From: Sphaeroforma arctica JP610
Taxonomy: Eukaryota
Assembly: GCF_001186125.1 (NCBI RefSeq)
Contig: NW_014040107.1
Span: 9,813-60,043 of the forward strand
DNA length: 50,231 nt
Reading direction: 5' to 3'
Shown here: piece by piece, positions 8,291 to 19,700 of the stretch
Layout: every line of letters starts with the position of its first letter
How positions within the stretch are numbered: position 1 is the first letter of the stretch
Notes under the pieces: generated by a model
Databases searched by the model: none
What the model saw: the letters and a program-made list of their open reading frames with translations, nothing else
Told to the model about the DNA's origin: nothing
Program-made: the position numbers and the translations under genes

Positions 8291-10837
8291 TCACGCGGGG
8301 TGCAGGCCGCAAAAGTGAAGTAAGTTTGTTTGATGTTTGGGAAACCGAGGGTATATAGTGCTCGTGATGATGGCTGCTGCTTGGATTCGTGCTGAGTTAA
8401 AGCGCTCGAATAGGGGGTCTAACGCATCGTTCCATATAGGTGGAGCCCAGACAATAATGTTCAGCCCATATGTAGCCGTGGATAGGATGAATGTTTTGAA
8501 CATCACCAGTCGGTTGCGGGGGTGTCGCCAGCTGAAGCCATGGAAGCCATAAGTGCGGAAAGAGGCGATACCCAGTGACAATGCTGAAACCAGGGATTCC
8601 ATATGTCTAGCGAGGTTGATTCCTGGTACTCCGTGAGAGAGTGGGAACCCCAGGTATTTGGAGTGTTTCGGTTCGGCATGTGTGGGCACCAGTTTCAGGG
8701 GGAGGTAACGTGTGTTCCAAGGTGCGTCTGCAAGCGTCGGCGTGATAAGCTCACCATTTATACGGAGGGTTGGCGCCGCGTGTCGCAAGTCGGTAGATCG
8801 TACTCGGGGTTTAATGACACCCTGTTCGAGGCCAGATTTGCGTCCCCACGCATCAATGTCATCTAAGAAGGGCTGGAGCGAAACCGATCGAGGGGCTTGG
8901 ATCCGTGTGTCATCGACAAATAAATAAGAGCGGAGGAGTTTGGGCCGAAATTGTGCTAGCGTGACAGCTAAGGAATCCATGTAGATAATAAAGAGCTGGG
9001 GGCCAACGATTGAGCCTTGTAGGATGCTATTCGTTCTATGGAATAGAGACGAGAGCGTGCCGCGGTATGTCACTCGGGTAGGGACCCTCCCAAACAGCGC
9101 GCGGAGGCAGTTGATCCAGTTTTCAGGCATTCCAGCGTGACGCAGAAGTACCCATAGGCATGGGAGAGCGACCTTGTCGTATGCCTTGGTTATGTCCAGA
9201 CAGACGTCGTTCCACTCCTCTTCTGACTGTGTCTCAGATTCCATGGCGGCAAGTGCTTGGGTATGACAGGAGTACCGTGATTTGAAGCCAGCTTGGGTAG
9301 CATGGGTAGCAGAGCCGGGGTGGCTCGTAATCAGATTAAGAAAGCACTTTTCAAAGATGCGTCTGACTATTTGCGTAAGCGTGATGGGGCGGAAGTCGGC
9401 GGGGGAGGCGATATCTGCATCGGCTTTCTTTAGGTGCGCTGTCAGGAGGCTGTAGTTCAGGGCTGCGGAGAAGGTACCCGCCTTCAGTAGCTCAGTGAAT
9501 GCTTCGGCAAGGAGTCTAATCAGTGGGCTATGGCGTTCGGTAGAGCGCTCCACTGCGGCCTTCAGGAGGAGGATGTGGATCCCGTCGGGGCCAGGTCCCT
9601 TATTGGGATAGCGTAGTATTGCCTCCATTACATCGTCGGGGCGTATGGTGGAAGTGACATCAGGAGAGGGTCCGGTATCCGGTGGAACCACGTACGGGTT
9701 TGTAGAGTTGAATAGGGCCTCAAAGTAGCCAGCAAGGGTAGCGCCTGTGTCATCGGTACCCGGTATGCAGGGTTGGCGTGGAGACCGTCGTTGGTACGCA
9801 ATATCTTTGAACATTTGAGCATTGCTTTGGGCGGTCAGACGTGGGCAGAAAGAGTGGTTTGGCAGCCGCTGAAACCAAGGTCTGTTTAAGTCAAAATAGA
9901 ACCCTCCAAAGATTTGTGGGTTAGTGGCATAGCGCCAGATGCGGTAGAGGATTCATAGCAGCCCTTCCGCTGGTTCATGTAAAGTGAGATACGACCGTAG
10001 TAGGTTCTGATGCGCCCGGATTTCGGCTTGGAATAGTCGCGCGCGGGATTTGTTGCGTAGGTGATACAGTCGATGGCGATATCGGTTATATCCATGGGAG
10101 GGGAGGCGTTGGTCCGGAGGCGGCGGCATTGCTGGCATTTGTTGGGGCCGATAGATTTGATTCGTGGGAAGTATCTGGAGATCGAGTCTAAAGGTGTGGT
10201 CACCACAGATACTGTAGTCCGTCAGCTTATAAGTTTGGAGGGAGGCGGGGGTGGTAGGTCGATGATACGCATGTTCAGTACCAGTTGAGCCGCCAGCATA
10301 GAGGTAGTCCAAGTGCCACGTATTACGCAGAGTAGTCTCAATCGCTTTCATACATAGTCCGTGATTTGTAGATGCGTGGCCATACTTCCGGGCTTTGAAG
10401 TTGAAATCTCCCCACACGACATCTGGTTGGAAACCGCCAATCTCGGGGGGATTTATATATCGCCTGACATCTTCTTCAGTAAGCGATTTGAGTGGAAAGT
10501 AGAACACGGCCATATGAACGCCAAAGCACACAAATAACACCGCGTACGGTGAAGAGTGTACAAGTTGAAAATTCGATAGGTGGTGTTTGGAAAAGATACC
10601 AATACCACAGTGTGAAGGGTGTAAGATATTATGCCGTGTAGTGTGATGTAGTATATGATAGCGTGTGTTCGAGCGTATATGATTCAGAAATGTGGTGTTA
10701 TGCCAGGTTTCAACCACACACATAACATCAACCTGACTTAAAATCGATATAACGTTCAAACACTTACCTGTATGTGCTGCGTTGTCCATGTTGAGTCCTT
10801 GTGGGTTGAAGAGCGTCATCCTCATTGGTCCTAACAT
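8291..10837 (-). pseudogene. LINE ORF2: AP endonuclease plus reverse transcriptase, one in-frame TGA at 9953-9955
   Basis: APE: TLFNPQGLN, CVVETW, WGDFNF, GDH. RT: KGPGPDGI, FRPITL, QAGFK, LDITKAYDKV, QGSIVGPQLF, YLFVDD, KYLG. I translated 9815-9952 in this frame and found no further stop. ORF 7897-8241 may be a frameshifted C-terminus. Confidence 0.92.
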
Positions 10838-11709
10838 TGTTTATCATCGGTCAATACTACTGGGCTCTCCTCTTTGACGATGTCAGCCATTTCTATATCA
10901 TTGCCTGTCGTCGAAGAGTCCGTCGTGGAAATTTGGTTGAGATACCGATTTAGACGGAAGATACCAAAGAAAGTGGTGGCGATTGAGGGCTGGTTGGGCA
11001 TGTCAGTATTTTTCAAATACTGATTGGGATGGGGGCTTGCCGTAGGGAAAATTGCTCGGAAGAAGAGCCATACCGGAGTTATGTCATCCATTTCATGAAG
11101 AGTTTTGTCCGGCATCGGGCGGCCCACCACTTTCGTCAAAAGCTGTTCGGGTACTGGCGGCTGCGATTGGGACTTTGCAGGCGGAGCAGGCGGGCTTGTG
11201 GAGCCAAATCGGAAAGTGTCGGATGTGTTTTCATCTATAGGTGCACGGGTTTGGGATTTAAGGTCCCGGAGTTCGGATTCAAGGTTGGTTGTTTTTGCAC
11301 TGAGGTTAGTGAGCATTTGGTGTATGGCTGATTTCCTTTGGTCATCAGCCAAAGGCTCCTTGGAGATGGGCCCATCATTGTTCGGGGTTGTTAGAGCCGG
11401 TCCCAAAATTTGATTGAGATTGGCCTGTAGAGTACTGACCCGGGCAGAGAGGTTTGTGATAGATTTTTGTATGTCCAATTTCCATTGGTCATTGGGTAAG
11501 GAGTCGTTGGGGGCGAACGTCTCAATTGGGGATTCGGCCTGGCCCGATATTTTTTCGCGGACGTGGGACTGTGGCGGGGGTTTAAGTATCGCCTTTATTA
11601 GACCGAATCTTACACTGAGAGGATAATATATAGGCAATGTCTCAGCCTCACAATCCTTCAGAGTATTACTGTTTTCACGAGGCATACCTAACTTTACTAA
11701 AAGTCTCAT
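10831..11709 (-). CDS. LINE ORF1 protein (292 aa) with two coiled-coil-like segments and a Pro/Ser-rich linker
   Basis: Open ORF directly upstream of ORF2, with heptad-like ITNLSARVSTLQANL and LTNLSAKTTNLESELRDL. No RRM or zinc knuckle recognised. Confidence 0.7.
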   Translation of the reverse strand: MRLLVKLGMPRENSNTLKDCEAETLPIYYPLSVRFGLIKAILKPPPQSHVREKISGQAESPIETFAPNDSLPNDQWKLDIQKSITNLSARVSTLQANLNQILGPALTTPNNDGPISKEPLADDQRKSAIHQMLTNLSAKTTNLESELRDLKSQTRAPIDENTSDTFRFGSTSPPAPPAKSQSQPPVPEQLLTKVVGRPMPDKTLHEMDDITPVWLFFRAIFPTASPHPNQYLKNTDMPNQPSIATTFFGIFRLNRYLNQISTTDSSTTGNDIEMADIVKEESPVVLTDDKQC

Positions 11710-11764
11710 TTTGTTTATTTACTTTGATATTTTCACGATACTTAGAATTTACCTACTTTCCTAT

Positions 11765-12737
11765 CAGAATGAGTTTTCGGCAGTACAAATAGTTATTCGG
11801 CTGACAGATGGTATTCGGGGAAGCGGTAGAAAAGTTATAATGGATAGTAGATTCTCTGTATTGCGGGTGCTGCACGTTCTACTTTTTTTTTTTGGATTGT
11901 ATGGTATGTTCATCGCCAAAAAAACGTGGCAACTGGCCGAAAGGAATTCCCGGAGACAAAATTAAGAATCAGATAGCAGACAAGATTTCAAGCGGGAATA
12001 TTACAAGGCTTATTCAACTACGATGGAAAGGCCGTGCCAGGTAAGGTAGACTTCTATTGGCTTGCTTTTAAGGATGCACAGTACACTGGTAGCTGTGCTG
12101 CTACATATGGTATAGAAAGGCAAGCGCATGTATAGATTCACGGATGGCAAAGGATACCAAATTAAGTCTCCAATAGTATATTTCGACTACTATAATAAGG
12201 GACGCGCTGCAGTCGAAATTAACAATAATTTACGTAGTAATACCATATCGATAGAGGAAGGCCACTTCACTAGATCCTGGGAGCTACGTATCCATGATTT
12301 TATTATAGATCTTTCCCTTACTAACTCTGTGTATACCAGTAGGCTTTTGTATGACAACCCTTGGACTGTGTCAGATACCAATTTTTTTCTAGCAAAAGAG
12401 TTGTTAGACACAATGGTAAAAGTATAATATTAACCAGGAGTGCAGACGCGGATGCTATTGTCAATTGTAGACTGACGAACAGACAGAAGAATACTGGTGC
12501 TTGGAACACCAAAAACCCCCCCCCGAATTCGGCCGTGTGAAGACTCATTTGCAACCGATACGATGCAACGGAGATTTGTGGGCTAGATTTCCCTTCCTAA
12601 AAAGAGCTCAAAAGACTACATGTCGTGTTTGTACATCAAAGAAGACACTATGCGCCCAAACCAGCACATACCGAGTGCATCCGTGGTCTGGTGCGGCATC
12701 AGTTCACCCCCAACCTCGCTCCTCAACCGAATTATGA
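11765..12737 (+). mobile_element. piggyBac-like DDD transposase remnant (C-terminal half) with Cys-rich tail; frameshifted
   Basis: VIRLTDGIRGSGRKVIMDSRFS (second catalytic Asp region), KKRGNWPKGIPGD after a frameshift, DYYNKGRAAVEINNNLR...TRSWELRIHDFIIDLSLTNS (third Asp region), CRVC in the tail. No TIR or TTAA end visible before the gap. Confidence 0.8.
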
Positions 12738-12884
12738 CGGATAACCTGGTCCTACTTGGAATTTCGTACTCTGCACTAACACATTCTACAGCACTACACA
12801 ATAAAGACCCGATCCGAACCACAGAGGTGAGTACGCTATTTAGTAGGTCAGAAAGCGAATACGTGGCACACTCGATGGTGTCAG

Positions 12885-13819
12885 NNNNNNNNNNNNNNNN
12901 NNNNNNNNNNNNNNNNNNNNNNNNNNNNNNNNNNNNNNNNNNNNNNNNNNNNNNNNNNNNNNNNNNNNNNNNNNNNNNNNNNNNNNNNNNNNNNNNNNNN
13001 NNNNNNNNNNNNNNNNNNNNNNNNNNNNNNNNNNNNNNNNNNNNNNNNNNNNNNNNNNNNNNNNNNNNNNNNNNNNNNNNNNNNNNNNNNNNNNNNNNNN
13101 NNNNNNNNNNNNNNNNNNNNNNNNNNNNNNNNNNNNNNNNNNNNNNNNNNNNNNNNNNNNNNNNNNNNNNNNNNNNNNNNNNNNNNNNNNNNNNNNNNNN
13201 NNNNNNNNNNNNNNNNNNNNNNNNNNNNNNNNNNNNNNNNNNNNNNNNNNNNNNNNNNNNNNNNNNNNNNNNNNNNNNNNNNNNNNNNNNNNNNNNNNNN
13301 NNNNNNNNNNNNNNNNNNNNNNNNNNNNNNNNNNNNNNNNNNNNNNNNNNNNNNNNNNNNNNNNNNNNNNNNNNNNNNNNNNNNNNNNNNNNNNNNNNNN
13401 NNNNNNNNNNNNNNNNNNNNNNNNNNNNNNNNNNNNNNNNNNNNNNNNNNNNNNNNNNNNNNNNNNNNNNNNNNNNNNNNNNNNNNNNNNNNNNNNNNNN
13501 NNNNNNNNNNNNNNNNNNNNNNNNNNNNNNNNNNNNNNNNNNNNNNNNNNNNNNNNNNNNNNNNNNNNNNNNNNNNNNNNNNNNNNNNNNNNNNNNNNNN
13601 NNNNNNNNNNNNNNNNNNNNNNNNNNNNNNNNNNNNNNNNNNNNNNNNNNNNNNNNNNNNNNNNNNNNNNNNNNNNNNNNNNNNNNNNNNNNNNNNNNNN
13701 NNNNNNNNNNNNNNNNNNNNNNNNNNNNNNNNNNNNNNNNNNNNNNNNNNNNNNNNNNNNNNNNNNNNNNNNNNNNNNNNNNNNNNNNNNNNNNNNNNNN
13801 NNNNNNNNNNNNNNNNNNN
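12885..13819. other. Assembly gap (others at 7900-7919, 20972-21769, 40701-41521, 47727-47746)
   Basis: Runs of N. Confidence 1.
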
Positions 13820-13927
13820 ATATATGTATATATATGTAAATATAATATTTATATCACAGATTTTGGTTCACATAGTCGAAATTTCTACCTGGGTTTTAAT
13901 ATAATTGGGCATATATGTGCCTTTGCA

Positions 13928-14845
13928 ATGGCATTCGACAACTTACACAATGGGACTGTAGTAGCCTTCTATCTCACCATCTCCGCTGTACTTGCGTCAG
14001 CGGTGTTCTTCGGCTTTATATTGTTAATTTTGTTTAGAATCTGGATCTGGTGGTTAGATTACGTCCGGCCTAAACAGGATAAAAGCCGGAGAAGCACAAT
14101 TATGACTAAATATGAACGACGTCAGATAAGTGATAGCAAAAGCCATGCAAAATTAGCTGAATGCGACGATCGAAGAGTGATGCCGTCCTGGTACGCAAAA
14201 GGTCATCAGAGGCATCCAAGGGGTTCAATGTCAAGCCTGAGTGCAAGTGGGAGTAGTGCAGACGGAGATTTGAATACAGTGGAAGTTGTAGAGGCTATAG
14301 AACGAAATAATAGACGAAATGAGTTTAGTGGTGAGAAATCAAGAAATGAATGGAGCAGGGGATCTGAGTACGTAGATAGTATCTACAGACAAGCAGGCAA
14401 CAAACCTAGCTCGCAATACACCTCAGGGGAGTATAGGGATCGTATAAACAGACCCACCGACTATGAGGCTACAGGTGCGGTTGCGAATGGTTCAGGGCAG
14501 TCGCACACTGTGTATCCCTCGGGAGAGTGGGGTAGAAGGGAAGAGCGCGAGGGGTTGAACTCGCTGTACGGCTCATACGATGGTCTAGACACATTTGTGC
14601 CACCAGAAATGTCATTTACAGGGGAGGATAGGGGCCGTATGGCAGGCGACAGATCAGATGATAATATTGCTTCGAACGCCGATTATACGCTTGGAGACCT
14701 CGGCGGTGATAAGAAAACGAACGCACGCGGTGGGATGGGCATGCGTTCAAATGAAAACGGAAATGAACACGAGGTGAATATCCACGAGGACGACCGTATA
14801 CGTGGTGCTAGATCGTTTGGAGATGTTGCTAGACGTATTTCGTAG
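13928..14845 (+). CDS. Hypothetical single-pass membrane protein (305 aa) with a long Ser/Arg/Gly/Glu-rich disordered tail
   Basis: Intronless open frame ATG 13928 to TAG 14845. Hydrophobic segment VVAFYLTISAVLASAVFFGFILLILFRIWIWW is followed by basic residues, with an NGT sequon before it. Upstream exons could be hidden in the gap. Confidence 0.7.
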   Translation: MAFDNLHNGTVVAFYLTISAVLASAVFFGFILLILFRIWIWWLDYVRPKQDKSRRSTIMTKYERRQISDSKSHAKLAECDDRRVMPSWYAKGHQRHPRGSMSSLSASGSSADGDLNTVEVVEAIERNNRRNEFSGEKSRNEWSRGSEYVDSIYRQAGNKPSSQYTSGEYRDRINRPTDYEATGAVANGSGQSHTVYPSGEWGRREEREGLNSLYGSYDGLDTFVPPEMSFTGEDRGRMAGDRSDDNIASNADYTLGDLGGDKKTNARGGMGMRSNENGNEHEVNIHEDDRIRGARSFGDVARRIS

Positions 14846-16737
14846 GCGAAACGACTAAGCTTATTGGCTGGTATCCATTTTAGCGCAATTATAGCCTGCC
14901 TAGTAAAAGTGTTTTAAGAATAATTGCAAGCATTACTAGCGACCTGTTCTAGTCTACGTGCCTGTTGCTAAGTAACATCAATCTTACTGGTAGCGCGAGG
15001 CCATATGCGAATATCACACACGATTTGCGTCTGCTAGTACCGGCTGCATTAGGTCACTGGAAGGGGCGACGGGTTGTTTGTGGAGAAGAAGCAGGATCAG
15101 ATGAAGTGATTCATACCTACTTTTATAAGTTACAACTATAGCAGCTCCTTCATTATTTTTCTTCGTCAGGAATTGTTGCTCCGCAGAGTAGCGACTATGA
15201 CATAATTAATCTGTATCGTTCACATCCTGAAGGACAACGCACAAGTGCGATTCGTGAGGTACCCATTGAAGATTTGTATTCAATTACATTTGGTGACTTG
15301 AACCATAAACTGTAACACGACGCTCAGCCCAAACGTCCTGAGAAATAGCAAGCGAAAGCACTTAACTCCAAGTACATTTTAACCACAAGTCTGTTTCAAG
15401 CGTGGCATGGAGTCATGGAGGGTTTAGCAGATATTAAATTAGCATCCAGAGAAGTACTCAGTTGCATCTCAAGTGCTATATCTTCATAGCCTCACATCTA
15501 CGACCTACTGCATATTATCTATTGATTTCATCAGAGGTATGCGTAGACTTGTCGGTCCCACTCCGATGAATCCTCATTCACTGTGGCAGAGTGAACGATG
15601 TGCAGTATATAAATGCGTCTATGCAATGCCTCGATATACGGCAATACCTATTAATCAGAATGGTGTCCTGGACTGCGCACTTGGTGTATGTATATGTAAA
15701 TCGCGCCGCGATGTGTTTCTGAATGTGCACTTTGCCAAGCGATAAGATTGTTTGTATTGCTAACCTAGCACACGGTGACGCATATAGCTTGGTCACAATA
15801 CACTACCCGAAAATTAGGATCGACCAATACACCAATTTTCAAACGAACCCCCAATAAATTGACATCTCCACCTTGGAGTTGCTATAAGCTAGCTCGTTGA
15901 ATTGATGAACGACGATATGGTACCGAGAGGAAAAATCAACACTCACACTCAGACATGAACCGCACGTATCTGCGAGTAAAAAACATATCATAAATACCAG
16001 CTTTGTTCCACAGAACCTTTGTATGGCGTTTTGTATGGCACACGAACACACATACTTCTCATAAGCCGAACGGCTATGAGCGGAGTTGAATCTGGCACCG
16101 TTCAGGTTGTCATCCACATGTTCCCTTGTCCGTGTTATTGAAATCTATACTGCAGCCGCGACGGTGCACTTGACTACTTGCTGAGTGATTATGATGTGTT
16201 CGTAATTTGATACATCGATCGGTTGTCCAGCTTTGTGTTATAGCAATTTGTGTGCATCTTGATTGCTAGATAGATTGCAAAGCTTCTTCTCGGCACGATT
16301 TACACTGTTCTGACAGACCCAGCGGTTGAAATTACAACGTATCTCTCACTGTGTCAGCGTAATTGGTTAATGGGTTGGTGTTGCTCAATGAAAATGAAAC
16401 GATGGCATGGTTCAAGATTACTAGCATATGGAGACGCTAACGACTTCTCGTGGGATGTGCACCTGAAGGTTGTCCCATTTGAGAACCACTTGCGAAATTG
16501 ATATTTTGCATACTGGCGAGAAAGTTATATCACACACAAACCAAGCCAAATCAATGATTCATAGACAGCTTGTCAACAAATGCAAAGGGCGGATTCACTC
16601 AGTATTAATTTATTGGTATCATTGAGCAACCAACATGCATGATGTGAAGGTGTATTTGCGGCGATTGTTAGACACATCGCCCAATCACGCACTGCTTACA
16701 AAGTACGGACCCTGCGTATAACTACTGAGATAACCCA

Positions 16738-19700
16738 TTAGTCCGAGTCCGACCTCGAGTCAGCACTGCTGCTGCTGCTGTTGCTGTCGCGTGAGCGCCT
16801 GCGGTGTCTCCTGTGTCCTGCTCGGCGCTTGGTTGGGCGTCTTCTCGATCTAGATCCGGATCTGGACCTGGAGCTCCTACTTGAGATGCTCCTAGATCTT
16901 CGTTCCCGTTTGCTCCTAGACTTCTTCGGAGAGCTTGATCGTGACGATGAGCGCCTCTTCGACCGGCCCCTATGCCTAGCGCCTCTCTCATGTCGACGGT
17001 GAGAGGTCAGCGGTGACCGCGAAAGGCGGTGCGACCCGTCTGAGGAGGAATCTCTATCCCGCTGATGAGACCTATCCTGAGCGTTTCCGCGTCCTCTCTC
17101 GCGACTGGTAGAACGCGAATGTGTGATCTTTGTGGGGCCACTTTCAGATCTGGCTCTAGAATGTGATCTGGATCTGGACTTTGAGGACGCCTCGGTTGGC
17201 TCGGCATCAGCCGTCTCCCCATCATTCTTCCCCTCTACACGCTCCATCTTATATTCCAAATCATCGCCGTCCATGCGCATAGTGACTGATGCACCCGCAA
17301 TGGGCTGATCACTGCCGTCACTGTCCACGTGATCCTCCTGCTCATCTGAACCTTCATCCACGTGTGCACTCGCCGTGATGATGATATCTCCCATCCCATC
17401 ATCATCCTTGGAATGTGCACTGGACGGGACAATGTCTTGCCTTCTTGTGCCTGCACCGTCACTCACTTCTCCCGGTTCTACCGATGCCGAGGCGCGCTTC
17501 GTCAATTTCCGCTGCTTTTCCTCGTCGTCTTTCTGGCGGCGAGCTTCGCGCTGCTTGTCCAGGCGTGCCTGTATCTGAGTCGACAGGGTTTCCCGTCTGT
17601 CTGCCTCATCACTCGAATTGCCGCGTTCACTTGACGAATACCTTCTGCTACCACGTGCTGCACGGCCCCTGCTACGACTACGATAACGCCTGCGAGTGCG
17701 GCTGGGACTACGACTGAGACTGCGACTATAACTTCGACTTCGACTATCCCTCTCCCTACCCCGATTGCCATACCTGGGAGAATCACGGTCCACATAACCA
17801 CCCTTGCGTTTCCGTGCATCCCACCTGCGCTCATGTTTCGACGCATACATGTATCGGTCACGGTTTGGATCGCGCCGGGCAGCCCCAATAGTGTATCTAG
17901 GGCCTCTCAACGGACTTTGCGCACGGAAACTGCCTCGGCCACGCACTAGCTTACCCGATTTAGAGATGCGTACATTCTTATTTCCAGTATCTGCTTTGTC
18001 CGCCTTTGTTTTGGCTTTAGCATCGCTCTCAACATCACTCACATCCCCGTTGTCACTTCTACTATCGCTGTTGCTGCTCGCGCTGTCATGTCGGCTGCGT
18101 TTCGCTTTTCTTTTCTTGCGCTTGTTCTTGTGCCGTTTGCGGTGTCGACGAGTGCGTGCATCTGAGTTGCTACCAGAATCAGACCCTTCCGAACCTGAGC
18201 CTGACGCGTTCTTGTCGCTGTCGCGGTCTGAGTCAGAGGACGAGGCATGTCGTCTGTGCTTTTTGCGTTTCGACTTCTTTTTCTTCTTCGACTTGCTCTG
18301 AATTGAACACATCGGGTGGAAAACGAAGAAATATCAGACAACCGTGTAGCACGTGCAAGAGTTCTAGAAGTTTCAATCTACTACCACTAATTGAGACACA
18401 AATTTCGCCAAAGATGTATGTTGAGCTCTAAAGTATGAAAAAAAAATACACACGACGTGAATAAGTGGAAACAAACAAATTTCGCGCGGCTAGTTGATGA
18501 AACTCGCGATCCAACATGCAATGCGCAATTTTAAGAACTGCTCACTAAGGGAATTGTCTACTAAGGTTTATAAATTTGGCCCCAATAGTCGTTGATTTGG
18601 CTGACATGGTATAAATATAGTACCAACCTTTTCCTTTTTATGCTTCTTAGACTTCTTTGCTTCCTTCCTCGAGTCGTCACTGTCCGAGCTTGCTTCACTC
18701 CCGGAATCGGCTCCACTACAACAAAAATACGCACAGCATGAGGACTATTCGTTGGCACGTATTGGCATACGCCAGTAGACCCGGCGGCAAGCCCATGCAG
18801 GTGACTGAGAGTACCCTTTTTGAACACTGACAGCGATCAATATTCAACACTGAAATATTAAAAATGCACACGCACGGTGTGTGGCTTATGTAAAGCGTAC
18901 ATCCGCACCAGATAAATATAGATACAGTGCCCATGAGAACAGCGAGGCCTCCTGAGCGCACCGACCCCACTTAAAATACCAGACATGGCACGCGTACAAC
19001 TGTGCAGTAATGATAAGAAACGTTTGCGAACTAAACAAAAACCAATGAACATTTTGATCCGTGTACCTTTTTTCGTCGCGGCTTACTTCCCGTTGCCGCT
19101 TTTCTGACACCTTCGTGGCTGTTGAATGACAGGCACAAAATTAAACGTGAGAAATAATCGAAAAATCTAAGTGATAAAAACGGTCACAGTGACAAAGCTC
19201 GCATAAGTGATGGAACAAAATTATCATTATCGAGTTACAGACCGAACATATTTAAAATAGTGTTGCATGGTCGCTCGTGCAATAAGTACTACCCATGATA
19301 TCGTCATTTGATATTCCATACCATTTCCAGCAGATCGACGCACCAGCTCTCCACATTTCATCACTGTGACCGTCTCGAACGGCCTGTAATTTTCAAAATA
19401 AAAGGTCGATTAGAAAGTTTCGAACATTTTCACATTGGCATGGCGATCCTGTTCTTTTAAGCAATCATATAAAATAATCGGACAGGATGGACACTTTCGA
19501 ATTCGAAGGAGATACAACAAGAAGTGCGTTCTAATCGGTCCTTATCTCCTTCACACTTTTACAATCACAAATTGCACAACCAATATGAGATCACGCCTGG
19601 AGAGAGTGATGAATATGCCAGTATACACTATGATCACCGCACCTGTCTGATCTGTCCGTCTCAACGCCCTCGATCTGTTTCACAACCTCTTCTCCAGACA

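Larger units (their letters stand above)
7920..11760 (-). mobile_element. Non-LTR retrotransposon (LINE), ORF1 plus APE-RT ORF2; 3' end lost in the gap
   Basis: Two tandem minus-strand ORFs with AP-endonuclease and non-LTR RT motifs; GC content looks higher than the flanks. Confidence 0.93.

Noticed and set aside
2703..9955. UGA reassignment or readthrough suggested by several in-frame TGAs
   Set aside because: The same elements also contain in-frame TAG/TAA and frameshifts, and the host exons I translated use TGG for Trp with no in-frame TGA; decay is simpler.
12620..13927. 741-aa ORF and other long ORFs spanning N runs (also 20824-21913 and 40506-41632)
   Set aside because: Artefacts of translating through assembly gaps; only the part from ATG 13928 is credible.
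14900..16700. Short ORFs and splice-like signals between the orphan gene and the cyclophilin 3' end
   Set aside because: No consistent exon chain or recognisable motif; treated as UTR/intergenic.
16722..18431. Many overlapping and antisense ORFs over the RS domain
   Set aside because: Shadow frames of a GC-rich, low-complexity coding exon.
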